A DNA stretch of 64,000 nt from Bacteroidia bacterium. Its GTDB lineage: Bacteria; Bacteroidota; Bacteroidia; SpSt-205. Where the stretch lies: positions 87,210-151,209 of the forward strand of contig BPGW01000005.1 in assembly GCA_026003235.1 (NCBI GenBank), written 5' to 3'. The position numbers and the translations under genes are program-made. Positions 47,294 through 57,129 of this stretch are shown one piece after another. A model generated the notes under the pieces. It had not been told where the DNA came from, did not search any database, and was given only the letters and a program-made list of their open reading frames with translations. Within the stretch, counting starts at the first letter, position 1, and each line of letters begins with the position of its first letter.

Positions 47294-48932
47294 GCTTAGA
47301 GTGCCAGTACCCATAGCCAAAGTAGAGGGCTAAACCTACCGCTGTCCAAATTCCCAGACGCAGCCAGTTCTCTGTGTCCAGCTCAATGATAAGATAGAGG
47401 GCGCTGAGGGCGCCGAGCATGGGCAGCAGGGAGAGGTTATACCGCACGATGAAGTACCCCATCCCCATCACAAGCGCCAGAAAAACCCGGTAGCGCCATA
47501 GGCTTCCCCCGCGGGAGAAATCAAATAGCGATCGGAAGCCTTCGGGGTCCAGGGTGGCGGCCCAACCTATCCCACTAAGGGTCAGCCCCAGAAAAAGCCA
47601 CCGGCCTGGTACTTTGGGCACCCGGAAGCGCGGGTTATACCCAGGTGGGGGGGCGTGGTGTAGGTACGCCACCCCCAGCGAAACGATGGCAAACGCCATG
47701 AGGGTGCCCATGCTGGTCAGATCCACCACCACATGCAGGGACGAAAAAAAGAGGGGCAAAGCTACCACGACCCCTGTCAAAAGCGTGGCGAGGTGAGGGG
47801 TGCGAAAGCGAGGATGTACTTTCGCTAAGGCCGGCGGCAAGAGGCCATCCCGGCTCATGGTATACCAGATGCGGGGTTGGCCAAGCTGGAAAACCAGCAG
47901 CACGCTGGTCATAGCTACCACCGCACTCACAGCGATAACCCCTATCAAGAGCTTACGCAAGGACTCTGAGAGCGGTAAACGAGTAAAGACATAAGCCAGG
48001 GGGTCCGTTACGGCCAGCTCTTGGTAGGGTGCCAAGCCTGTCAAGACCAGCGCCAGGGCTACATACAGAAGGGTGCACAGAACCAGCGAAAGAATCATCG
48101 CCAGGGGTAAGTCGCGGCGGGGATTGCGGGCTTCTTCGGCGGTGGTGGAGAGGGCGTCAAAGCCGATGTAAGCGAAAAACACGGCGCCTACGCCTCGCAT
48201 CATACCCGAGAATCCGTGCGGCATAAACGCTTGCCATCGTGTGGGGTCTACGAAGAACGCGCCGATTCCAATCACCAAGAGCACAGCGCCGATTTTGAGG
48301 GCCACCATGAAGTTATTGGCTGCTCGGCTTTCCTGGATGCCTACATACGCCAGGGCGGTGACAGCGGCTACAATCAGGAGGGCGGGCAGGTTGAGCACGA
48401 GGGGGATGCTGGCTATGCGCGGGGCAGCTTGCCAAGCTTGGTAAGCCGAAGCCAGAGCGGGGTCTCTCGTCGTGAGGTAAGCCTGGGCCTGCTGCCAAAG
48501 CGTGACCGGATCCGTCACAAGGTAGGGGGGTAAACCAAGGCCCCAGCTATGGAGCAAAGCCTGGAAATAGCCTGACCACGAAAGGGCTACAGCGATGTTG
48601 CCTATGGCGTATTCCAGCACCAGCATCCAACCTACAAGCCAGGCGACGACCTCTCCAAAGACCACATAAGCGTAGGTGTAGGCGCTGCCGGCGAGGGGTA
48701 CGCTGGAGGCCATCTCGGCGTAGGAGAGGGCAGAAAGGCCCGCCACGAAAGCGGCTATCACAAACACCACCACCACCGAAGGGCCGGCCATAGCTGCCGC
48801 TTCGCCGATGGTGCTGAAGATACCGGCTCCGATTACCGCCGCCACCCCCATCGCCGTCAGGTCCACAAGCGACAGCACACGGCGCAGGGAACTGGGCGAT
48901 TCGGTGGCCGGTTTGCGGCGCAAAAGGTTCAC
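47226..48932 (-). CDS. APC-family amino acid permease (CAT-like)
   Basis: IGAGIF, AGSAYTY, FFAYIGFD, AEEARNP. Confidence 0.92.
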   Translation of the reverse strand: MNLLRRKPATESPSSLRRVLSLVDLTAMGVAAVIGAGIFSTIGEAAAMAGPSVVVVFVIAAFVAGLSALSYAEMASSVPLAGSAYTYAYVVFGEVVAWLVGWMLVLEYAIGNIAVALSWSGYFQALLHSWGLGLPPYLVTDPVTLWQQAQAYLTTRDPALASAYQAWQAAPRIASIPLVLNLPALLIVAAVTALAYVGIQESRAANNFMVALKIGAVLLVIGIGAFFVDPTRWQAFMPHGFSGMMRGVGAVFFAYIGFDALSTTAEEARNPRRDLPLAMILSLVLCTLLYVALALVLTGLAPYQELAVTDPLAYVFTRLPLSESLRKLLIGVIAVSAVVAMTSVLLVFQLGQPRIWYTMSRDGLLPPALAKVHPRFRTPHLATLLTGVVVALPLFFSSLHVVVDLTSMGTLMAFAIVSLGVAYLHHAPPPGYNPRFRVPKVPGRWLFLGLTLSGIGWAATLDPEGFRSLFDFSRGGSLWRYRVFLALVMGMGYFIVRYNLSLLPMLGALSALYLIIELDTENWLRLGIWTAVGLALYFGYGYWHSKLRAGQVRNADSGERQEENAPSS

Positions 48933-50215
48933 CCCCGCTTAGCGATAGGTACGTAGTCGCGAAGCCCAGGTCCCATGTATACCTGCCGAGGGCGTACGAT
49001 AGGCTCATTCGCTCGGCGCATTTCCCACCATTGCGCCAGCCACCCCGCCAGCCGCCCAAAAGCAAACATCACCGTAAACATCTCTACCGGTATACCTATC
49101 GCCCGATAAATAATCCCCGAATAAAAGTCTACATTGGGATACAGCCGCCGCTCAATGAAGTAGGGGTCACTCAGGGCTACCTCCTCCAGCTTTTTTGCAA
49201 TGTCCAGCACAGGGTCGTGAATGCCTAACGCATTCAATACCTGGTCAGCTGCCTGCTTGATGATCTTAGCTCGGGGGTCAAAGTTCTTGTATACCCGATG
49301 CCCAAAGCCCATTAGCCGGAAGGGATCGTTTTTGTCTTTGGCTTTCTCTACCCACTTCTGCACATTTCCTCCGTCCGCTTTGATCATTTCCAGCATCTCT
49401 ATCACTTCCTGGTTAGCTCCGCCATGCAGAGGACCCCACAAGGCGCAGATGCCCGCAGAGACAGAGGCATAAATATTGGCTCGTGAAGAACCTACCGTGC
49501 GTACCGTGCTTGTTGAACAGTTTTGCTCATGATCGGCGTGCAAAATCAAGAGCTTATCCAGGGCATCCACCACATGCGGGTCGGGCTCATAGTCGTAGGT
49601 GGGCATGCCAAACATCATGTACAGGAAGTTATTCACATAGCTGCGTTCGTTGCGGGGATAGATGTAAGGATGCCCCATGCGTTTTTTGTAGATCCAGGCG
49701 ATCAGGGTAGGTACTTTGGCTAAGAGGCGAATGATGTTACGCTCTACGACTTCGTCGGGGGCGTAAGGGTCCAGCGATTCAGGATAAAAGGAAGAAAGCG
49801 AACACACCACCGACGCCAGCACCCCCATCGGGTGCGCCGAAGAGGGAAACCCATCAAAAAACTTCTTGATGTCTTCATGGATGAGGGTGCGGGCTTTGAT
49901 GCGCTCTTCAAAGTCTTCCAGCTGCGCACGGGTTGGAAGCTCTCCGTAAATCAGAAGATAAGCAACCTCCAGATACGTGGAGAATTCGGCCAGCTGCTCA
50001 ATGGGGTAGCCGCGATAACGAAGTATACCCTGTTCGCCGTCTATGAAGGTGATCTGGCTGTAGGTGGAGCCGGTGTTCTTGTACCCCACATCTACCGTAA
50101 TGTACCCTGTCTGGTCGCGCAGTTTGCTGATGTCCAGGGCTTTTTCGCCTTCGGTGCCTATGACGACGTCCAGTTCGTACGTGCGGCCTTCAAGGTGAAG
50201 CTGGGCTTTTTCCAT
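48929..50215 (-). CDS. gltA: Citrate synthase
   Basis: LHADHEQN, GPLHGGAN, GFGHRVY, PNVDFYSG. Confidence 0.97.
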   Translation of the reverse strand: MEKAQLHLEGRTYELDVVIGTEGEKALDISKLRDQTGYITVDVGYKNTGSTYSQITFIDGEQGILRYRGYPIEQLAEFSTYLEVAYLLIYGELPTRAQLEDFEERIKARTLIHEDIKKFFDGFPSSAHPMGVLASVVCSLSSFYPESLDPYAPDEVVERNIIRLLAKVPTLIAWIYKKRMGHPYIYPRNERSYVNNFLYMMFGMPTYDYEPDPHVVDALDKLLILHADHEQNCSTSTVRTVGSSRANIYASVSAGICALWGPLHGGANQEVIEMLEMIKADGGNVQKWVEKAKDKNDPFRLMGFGHRVYKNFDPRAKIIKQAADQVLNALGIHDPVLDIAKKLEEVALSDPYFIERRLYPNVDFYSGIIYRAIGIPVEMFTVMFAFGRLAGWLAQWWEMRRANEPIVRPRQVYMGPGLRDYVPIAKRG

Positions 50216-50250
50216 GCGGCGAAAATACGGATAAAGTAGCTTTGCCGAGC

Positions 50251-50886
50251 ATGCGAGGGCTTATTGTGACGGGCATTGGGACAGACGTGGGAAAGACGCA
50301 TGTAGCCACTGTGCTGGCTGTAGGGCTGGGCTGGCCCTATTGGAAACCCGTACAGACAGGCAGTCCTCCAGATCGAGAGGCTGTAGCCCGCTATGGCGTT
50401 TTTACCTGGCCGGAACGGTACCATTTGTCTTTGCCTGCCGCTCCGCTTGTGGCAGCTCAGGAGGCCGGCCTTACCCTTTCTTGGGAGGTGCTGAGCGCTC
50501 CCCCTCCGGCCGAACCCCTCGTGATTGAAGGGGCAGGAGGCCTCTTTGTGCCCCTCACCGAAGAGCGGTTTCTGATAGACCTCTTTGCTGCATGGGCCTT
50601 ACCCCTGGTGCTGGTGGTGCGCCCTTACCTGGGAGCTATGAATCACACCTGGCTCTCTATAGAAGCGATCCAGCGGCGAGGCCTTCCTTTTCTGGGCATC
50701 GTGCTGAATGGCACCACAGGCGATGTGAGCGAAAGGTACTTCCGGCAGGCTTTCCCTCTCCTGGGAGAAATCCCCTGGGGGCCTCTCCAAGACCCCTCCC
50801 GGGTTTTTGTGGAGTCTGGCCTGGCAGCGGCTTGGCAAGCTCATTGGTCGTCGTCCTCTTCTATGAGAGGCGGGTCAAAGTCCTGA
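50251..50886 (+). CDS. bioD: Dethiobiotin synthase
   Basis: TGIGTDVGKT, WKPVQTG, IEGAGG, LGAMNH. TAGCTTTG lies 6 nt before the ATG. Confidence 0.93.
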   Translation: MRGLIVTGIGTDVGKTHVATVLAVGLGWPYWKPVQTGSPPDREAVARYGVFTWPERYHLSLPAAPLVAAQEAGLTLSWEVLSAPPPAEPLVIEGAGGLFVPLTEERFLIDLFAAWALPLVLVVRPYLGAMNHTWLSIEAIQRRGLPFLGIVLNGTTGDVSERYFRQAFPLLGEIPWGPLQDPSRVFVESGLAAAWQAHWSSSSSMRGGSKS

Positions 50887-53009
50887 CTCACCGGCTCCTC
50901 AAAATCCTCTCCCAGATCCGGCATCTCCATCTCAGGCGTTTGAAATTCAGGGTCCAGTGGAAATTCCTCTGGCTCTTCTACTTCTGGCGCCGGCACATCC
51001 CAGTCTTCTCCAAACAGGTAGTCCAGCCGCATCAGAAGGAGCTTTTCGGGAGGCACTTCTAAGATGAACTCTACTCGGCGGTTGCGGGCACGGTTTTCTT
51101 CGGTGGTGTTGGGGAGGAGGGGGCGATCGGGGCCATATCCTTCAGCTATGATTTGGTCCGGCGGCAAGCCCGTGGCCTGCAAGAGGTAGCGGCGGATGTT
51201 CTCTGCGCGCTGTCGGGAAAGCTTACGGTTGTACGCGGGGTCCCCCACCGCGTCGGTGTGCCCTTCAATGCGTAGCTTGACAAAGGGATACTTCAGCAAA
51301 AAACCTGCAATGTAATCCAGCTTCGGATACGCTTCAGGGGTGATTTCGGCGCTGTTGGTGGGAAACTCAAGGTTTTCCAGCACGTAAGGGCGCTGCAGTT
51401 CAGCCGTGGTCAGCAGCAGCGAGTAGGTTTCGTCGTTCAGGAGCGCTACGGTATCGGGTATCCTGATGAGGTTCGTATCCAAGACCATGAGCTGGTACTG
51501 GCGGTTCTGCACCAGCATAAACTCAAAGTACCCGTATTGGTTGGCGAAGACGGGGGTGATTTCGGTGCCTTCGGTGAGATCGAGGGCGATGACGATGCCT
51601 ACGAGAGGTTGGCCGGAGAGGGAGTCTATGAGGTAGCCTGCGAGTTTGGTGACTGCGTCAGGGCGAGCTTCCATGGGAAGCTCAAAAGAATAGAGATCAA
51701 AGTTACGGGGGTCTTTCCGAGTAGCTCGGGCATAGTAGATTTTATTCCCACGGCCGTCTATCGTGAAGTAATACTCATCGCCGTCGGTGTTGACGAGGGG
51801 GCCTAAGTTTCGGGGCTCTTCCCAGAAGGTTCCCATCCACCGGCTTTTGTAGATGTCGTATCCCCCGTAGCCGAGGGGTTGGCCTGTGGAGCTGAAGTAG
51901 AGGGTCTGGTACGGCTCGTAAAAATAGGGGGTCACTTCGTCGCCGAGGGTGTTGATGGTGGGGCCGAGGTTTTGGGGTGGGGCCCAGGTGCCATCCTCGC
52001 GCAAGCGGGTCAGGTAAATGTCCGATTGGCCAAAACCGTCAGGCCGGTTGGAAGCAAAAAAAAGCAGGCTATCGCCTACCAGGAAGGGGTGCGAATCCCA
52101 GTAGGACGAATTGACGGTGGGGCCCAGGTTTTGGGGCTCCTGCCAGCGGCCGTTTTCATAACGGGCCAGGTACAGGTCGCACGAACCGTACCCCCCTGGC
52201 GCATCGCACCGGGCCAGAATCAGAACTGTCCCGTCAGAGTTCAAGCAGGCAGACCCTTCGTTATAAGGGCTGTTGATAACATCCCGGAATTTTTCTGCGG
52301 GCTTGAAGCCTCCTCGCACAAAGTCTTGCTGGCTGTAGTAAAGGTCTTCGTTGCGAATCTGGTCGGGATCCAGGGCGGTGAGCAGGTTTTCCCGGCGGGA
52401 AGTGAAGATCAGCACCTTGCCTGAAGGATGCATATAAGGGGCGTAATCGGGGTAAGGGGAGTTGATATGGGGGCCTAAGCTAAGCAGTACGCCTCGGGGA
52501 GGGGCCAGGGTGTCTATCTTTTGCCGCAGGCGAACAATCTTGCGGTAGTACTCCAAAGGCACCCATTCGCTGCGCCAGCGCTCTTGCAGGCGCCTATAGG
52601 CCACTCGTATGGCCGAAGGCGCATTGTGCATGTTGCGCAAGCACAGCCCGTACAAATACGCGCTAAGGAGAGTATCGCCTCGGTATTCCCTTAGTTGGGC
52701 CCACTTCCACAGAAGCTGGAGCGAAGTGGTGTCTCGGAAGTTCGCTGCCCGGAATTGGGTAATGTACTGCCGCAAAAGAGAGTCTAACTGGGAGAGGTTT
52801 TCCTCGGCTTCGGCTCGGGCGATGACTTTGAGGAGACGGGGGTTGCGGTAGGGACGGCTATCTGAAAAAAGATATGGAAAAGCGAGGGGAGGAGGCGTAA
52901 TGACTTCGCCTTCCACAGGGCGCAGGTAAGTGCCAGCCAAAGGCCGCAGGCGGGGCTGCCCCCAAACCACAAGCCCCACCAGCCCCATTATCCCCCCAAA
53001 GAAACGCAT
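50841..53009 (-). CDS. PD40-repeat / OmpA-family protein with acidic tail
   Basis: Repeated NLGP..N, GGYDIY and LFFASNR motifs. OmpA motifs IEGHTD and NRRVEF. Confidence 0.88.
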   Translation of the reverse strand: MRFFGGIMGLVGLVVWGQPRLRPLAGTYLRPVEGEVITPPPLAFPYLFSDSRPYRNPRLLKVIARAEAEENLSQLDSLLRQYITQFRAANFRDTTSLQLLWKWAQLREYRGDTLLSAYLYGLCLRNMHNAPSAIRVAYRRLQERWRSEWVPLEYYRKIVRLRQKIDTLAPPRGVLLSLGPHINSPYPDYAPYMHPSGKVLIFTSRRENLLTALDPDQIRNEDLYYSQQDFVRGGFKPAEKFRDVINSPYNEGSACLNSDGTVLILARCDAPGGYGSCDLYLARYENGRWQEPQNLGPTVNSSYWDSHPFLVGDSLLFFASNRPDGFGQSDIYLTRLREDGTWAPPQNLGPTINTLGDEVTPYFYEPYQTLYFSSTGQPLGYGGYDIYKSRWMGTFWEEPRNLGPLVNTDGDEYYFTIDGRGNKIYYARATRKDPRNFDLYSFELPMEARPDAVTKLAGYLIDSLSGQPLVGIVIALDLTEGTEITPVFANQYGYFEFMLVQNRQYQLMVLDTNLIRIPDTVALLNDETYSLLLTTAELQRPYVLENLEFPTNSAEITPEAYPKLDYIAGFLLKYPFVKLRIEGHTDAVGDPAYNRKLSRQRAENIRRYLLQATGLPPDQIIAEGYGPDRPLLPNTTEENRARNRRVEFILEVPPEKLLLMRLDYLFGEDWDVPAPEVEEPEEFPLDPEFQTPEMEMPDLGEDFEEPVSQDFDPPLIEEDDDQ

Positions 53010-53042
53010 AAGGCCGATTAGGCAAAAATACGCGCTCTTTCC

Positions 53043-54986
53043 TCATAAGCGGGGCGAAAGCTCTAACTCAGGCGGAACTTGAGGTGTAGTGAGCGGAACC
53101 TGTTCCATCGTCAGAGCTACGGCATCCAAACCATAGGCTTTCTCTACGGGAAGTGAAAGCTTATCCAGCAGCTGGTAAATCTGCAAAGCAAGCCTTTCCC
53201 GCGGGGAGAAGCGCGTGTCAAAGTTGATAATTCGTCGCACAAAGAGAAAGCGAAAGTCGCCGGGTTGGTGGTATTTGCGTAGGGCAGGATAGGGGCTCAG
53301 GAGGTCTATTTCGTTGCGTTGGGCCAGGTGCTGGACCACCTGCCGCAATAGGAGATTCAGGCGAGGCTGCAGCTTGAAACCGATATAGAAGTCAATTCGG
53401 TACACGGTGCCTGGCACGTAAGGACAAACTCGGTAGGTGGCTTCGTAGGGGTCTTCGCTCACCGCCACATGCACGAACCAGTAAGTGCGAGCTCGTTTAG
53501 GTTGGCGGTTGAGGAGAACATACACAAGCCGGTGTTCTATTTTTGGGAGATGGGCGCTGGTGGTCAGGCAAACGAGGTGCGTAGCGAAGTAAGGTAAGTG
53601 CTCTTCCTGGCTTAGGTCGCGTAATCGTTCTAAGTAGGGACCGATGTCTACGAAATCGCTAAACTGCCGTTTGACTTGTTCGCCCCATCGCCAAAGTCCC
53701 ATAAGCAGGGTGATGCCCCCGCCTAAGGCGAGGGCTATCCACCCTCCTTCTGGGAGCTTATGGAGGTTGGAGGCCAAGAAGACGCTCTCCATAGGGAGGT
53801 ATACTACCGGTAGGAGAAAAGCCAGTCCACGCCACTGGGGCACCCGAAACCAGAAAAATAAGCTAACGAGGATGGTCGTCACCAGCAGTACGATGTTGAT
53901 GGAGAGGCCATAAGCAGCTTCCATGGCGCTGGAGCGCCGCATTGTGACCACGATTAAGACCACAAAAGCCAGCAAAAGCCAGTTGATAAGGGGCAGGTAC
54001 ATTTGGGAACGGGTACGAGCAGGGTAGCGTACTTCCAACCGAGGCCATATGTTTAAACGGCTGGCTTCGCTGAAAAGGGTGAAGGCGCTGGTGATGAGCG
54101 ATTGGCTTGCAATGATGGTAGCCAGCGTCGCTATGCCTACTCCTACAAAGAGCCAGTAATCAGGCAGGAGGAGGAAGAAGGGTTTTTCGGCTTCTTGTAG
54201 GACCAGGCCGTTTCGGTGGGCCAGCACCCAAGCGCCTTGACCGAAGTAGTTCAAGAGCAAGGCCGGCTTTACGAGCGTCCAAGCCAGCCGCACGGGGAGG
54301 CGCCCCACGTGTCCCATGTCCGCATACAAAGCCTCCACCCCCGTAATGCTGAGGAAAACCATCCCTAAGGCCAAAAACCCTTCTTGCGGATGCAGGCGAA
54401 AGAGGTCTATAGCATACTGAGGGCTAAGAGCGGCCAGCACTTCCGGCTTCTTGAGCACTTGCCAGCCCCCCACGAACCCTAGAAAGGAAAACCACGCAAG
54501 CATGATAGGCCCAAAAGCCTTACCTATCCATTCTGTGCCGAACTGCTGAATCAGGAAAAGACCCACCAAAATCGCCACGACAATGGGCACGGTAGGAAGC
54601 CCCGGAAAGTGCAGCTGCAGCCCCTCTATGGCCGAAGTGACCGAAATCGCAGGCGTAAAAATGGAGTCGGCTAAGGTCATGGCGGCCCCCACTATCACCA
54701 GAGGGGCTATCCAGGGAACAAACCGCCTAACCAGGACATAGAGGGCAAAAATTCCTCCTTCGCCGCGATTGTCGGCTCGCATCACCAGCAGCGCATACTT
54801 GACCGTGACAAAGAGCGTGAGGGCCCAAAAAATCAGTGAGAGGCCGCCCAGCACGAGTACAGGGTCTATAGGCTTATCCCGCAGAAGGGCATCCAGCACA
54901 TAAAGAGGCGAGGTTCCAATGTCCCCAAAAACGATGCCCAGCGCAATCAGGACTCGTCGGCTGAGAGAGGGACTACCTGACTGCAT
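53043..54986 (-). CDS. kup: KUP/HAK/KT potassium transporter
   Basis: GIVFGDIGTSPLY, GEGGIFALY, EALYADMGH. Confidence 0.95.
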   Translation of the reverse strand: MQSGSPSLSRRVLIALGIVFGDIGTSPLYVLDALLRDKPIDPVLVLGGLSLIFWALTLFVTVKYALLVMRADNRGEGGIFALYVLVRRFVPWIAPLVIVGAAMTLADSIFTPAISVTSAIEGLQLHFPGLPTVPIVVAILVGLFLIQQFGTEWIGKAFGPIMLAWFSFLGFVGGWQVLKKPEVLAALSPQYAIDLFRLHPQEGFLALGMVFLSITGVEALYADMGHVGRLPVRLAWTLVKPALLLNYFGQGAWVLAHRNGLVLQEAEKPFFLLLPDYWLFVGVGIATLATIIASQSLITSAFTLFSEASRLNIWPRLEVRYPARTRSQMYLPLINWLLLAFVVLIVVTMRRSSAMEAAYGLSINIVLLVTTILVSLFFWFRVPQWRGLAFLLPVVYLPMESVFLASNLHKLPEGGWIALALGGGITLLMGLWRWGEQVKRQFSDFVDIGPYLERLRDLSQEEHLPYFATHLVCLTTSAHLPKIEHRLVYVLLNRQPKRARTYWFVHVAVSEDPYEATYRVCPYVPGTVYRIDFYIGFKLQPRLNLLLRQVVQHLAQRNEIDLLSPYPALRKYHQPGDFRFLFVRRIINFDTRFSPRERLALQIYQLLDKLSLPVEKAYGLDAVALTMEQVPLTTPQVPPELELSPRL

Positions 54987-57129
54987 AGGGTGTAGAAGCT
55001 TTCAGGTGCTGAAGAAACTCCCATTTTTCAGCCCAGAAAGAAGCCCATGTGATTCGGTTGTTTTTGGGTGGAGGATCCACGAGGAGGTAGAGTCCTTCTC
55101 TGGGGCGTGTGGTGGCAACGTAGTGAAGGTTCACATTTTCCACCACCGTCTGGGCAAAGTAGCGGGAATATAACGCCTTGAGAGAGGAATCTTTAGCGTT
55201 GGCGGTGATCTTTAGGGGCAATTCCGAGAGGGGCCGCTGACCTTCAAGAAGGTCCTGAACGGGCTCAGGCAGGGGCTGGAGCTCCACACGAGTCCAGTGG
55301 GGGCTATGCCATCGGGCTTCCAGCAAGCTCCAGTTCACGAAAGGCAGGATGACCGCCCTCCAGGCCAGTCCTTTGGCCTTGTGGATGGTCAAGACGGGGT
55401 AGTAGCCGGGCTGGGGGGGCATTTCCACGGGTATGTAGCGGCCCTTTTCCTCCCACCACCGCAAGAGGGCCTGGGCATCGTAGTGGGCATGCTCGTGAAG
55501 AAGCTCGTAAAGGCGAGACAAGAAAAAGTCCCAGTAGAGCGTTTCGGCTTTTCTAGGGGTGGTCTGCCAGATAGCGGCGAGCTTTTCCCATGCCTGCCAT
55601 TTAGCCAGGGCATCTACCCCTGCGCTTTGTAGGGTTTCACTCAGCTCTTCGATCTGCTGAATAAAGCAGGGGAGGCACCCTGTCTCCACCTTCAGGAAGT
55701 GCTGGGTTACGGGGGAGAGTTGCGGGAATTCAGCCAGAGCCTGCCAGGTGGCGGCCAGAGAAGCGCAGCTTCCCAGGGGTTTTTCCCGGATCTGGAGGGG
55801 CTGGCCAGGCAGCAGCGCCAGCAGCCGCTCAATGTCGTCATTGGCTCGCACGAGAAAAGCGGTTTCCTCTGGGGCTATCCCTTGCGCAGCTACCTCGCCC
55901 AGAATTCGCTTCAGATGGTCAGCCCTCTCGGCATCCGGATCTGACGGGGATAATAGCCATACCTCTACTTTCCCTGTCCAACTTCCAGCTGGAGGGGAGC
56001 TTGCTTTCTGCACCACCCAATCCGACTTGTAAAGGTTTGCTAACTCTTGGAGAGCGTATTTTCGGTGGTCGGAGGCTGACGATTGCTTTTGCGATTTTTG
56101 TTCCAAGAAGCAAAGTAAATAGGTATACAAGCAGTTGTTGAAGCTTACAATTTTGGGTCTGCTGCGATAGTTTTGATCCAAGACTTCTTGTTGGGTAGCT
56201 TGCTGCCAGAAATTCAGGAGGGTGTGGTAGTCGGCGCCGCGCCAGGCGTAGATAGACTGCTTGGGGTCGCCGATAAGGGTCACCCAAGGCGTGGAGCTTT
56301 GGCTTGTGAGTTCGTCTATGAGAGGCTTGAGAATGCCCCATTGCTGAGGGGAGGTGTCCTGCGCTTCGTCTATGAAGAGACGCTGGTAGAGGGCGGCGTG
56401 CTCTGCGAGCAATTCGGGCAGGTGATGCGCCACCAGCCAAACCAGATCGTTCACGTCCGCCAGGAATAGCCGCTGGGCTTGTTGGCGATAAGCTTGCAGG
56501 GCGTTTTCAAGGTGAGGCAGCAGTTTTTCTTCGGTGGGGTCCAGGTGGAGGGCCTTCTGCCACTCCTCGTTGAGCTGGGCCCTGCAGGTGGCAAGCTGGG
56601 CCTTGAGGCGGTTGCGGAGAAAGCCATGGCGCAGGAAAGCCAGCACATGCCGGCGCAGAAACCGATCTGGTGCCAGGCGGTAGGCTTTTTGCTGGACCTC
56701 GTTGCGCAGCTGCTGCCGCAGCGCCTGCAGAAAAGTAGGCTGCCTCACCTGGGCCAGCAACTCGGCTGTAAGACGATAAGACACTTCAATGGTCTCCTCA
56801 TCCTCTACAATGAGGTTAGCGTAGGTGGATAGGCCCAAGAGGGGGGCTAATAAAGTGTACCATTCGCGCACGAGCGCGTCTATCGTGCTGGTGTAGAGGG
56901 GGATTTCACCCAGAAGCAGCTGCTTCAGGATAGGGGGGTTTTTTTGGGCAGCCAAAGCTAAGATACGCTGGCGCAATTCTCCCGCCGCATTTCGGGTGAA
57001 GGTGATAGCGAGTACGCTGGGTGGGGGGGAGGAGCTTACTTCCTGTACGACCAGCTCGGCCAATCGCTGGGTTTTGCCTGAGCCGGCCGAGGCCAAGATG
57101 ATGCGCAGCGGCTGCTTGGGAGCGCTCAT
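54973..57129 (-). CDS. UvrD/AddA-like SF1 helicase
   Basis: ASAGSGKT, ITFT, IDEAQDT, GDPKQSIYAWRG, NYRS, TIHKAKGL, YVATTR. Confidence 0.9.
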   Translation of the reverse strand: MSAPKQPLRIILASAGSGKTQRLAELVVQEVSSSPPPSVLAITFTRNAAGELRQRILALAAQKNPPILKQLLLGEIPLYTSTIDALVREWYTLLAPLLGLSTYANLIVEDEETIEVSYRLTAELLAQVRQPTFLQALRQQLRNEVQQKAYRLAPDRFLRRHVLAFLRHGFLRNRLKAQLATCRAQLNEEWQKALHLDPTEEKLLPHLENALQAYRQQAQRLFLADVNDLVWLVAHHLPELLAEHAALYQRLFIDEAQDTSPQQWGILKPLIDELTSQSSTPWVTLIGDPKQSIYAWRGADYHTLLNFWQQATQQEVLDQNYRSRPKIVSFNNCLYTYLLCFLEQKSQKQSSASDHRKYALQELANLYKSDWVVQKASSPPAGSWTGKVEVWLLSPSDPDAERADHLKRILGEVAAQGIAPEETAFLVRANDDIERLLALLPGQPLQIREKPLGSCASLAATWQALAEFPQLSPVTQHFLKVETGCLPCFIQQIEELSETLQSAGVDALAKWQAWEKLAAIWQTTPRKAETLYWDFFLSRLYELLHEHAHYDAQALLRWWEEKGRYIPVEMPPQPGYYPVLTIHKAKGLAWRAVILPFVNWSLLEARWHSPHWTRVELQPLPEPVQDLLEGQRPLSELPLKITANAKDSSLKALYSRYFAQTVVENVNLHYVATTRPREGLYLLVDPPPKNNRITWASFWAEKWEFLQHLKASTPYAVR

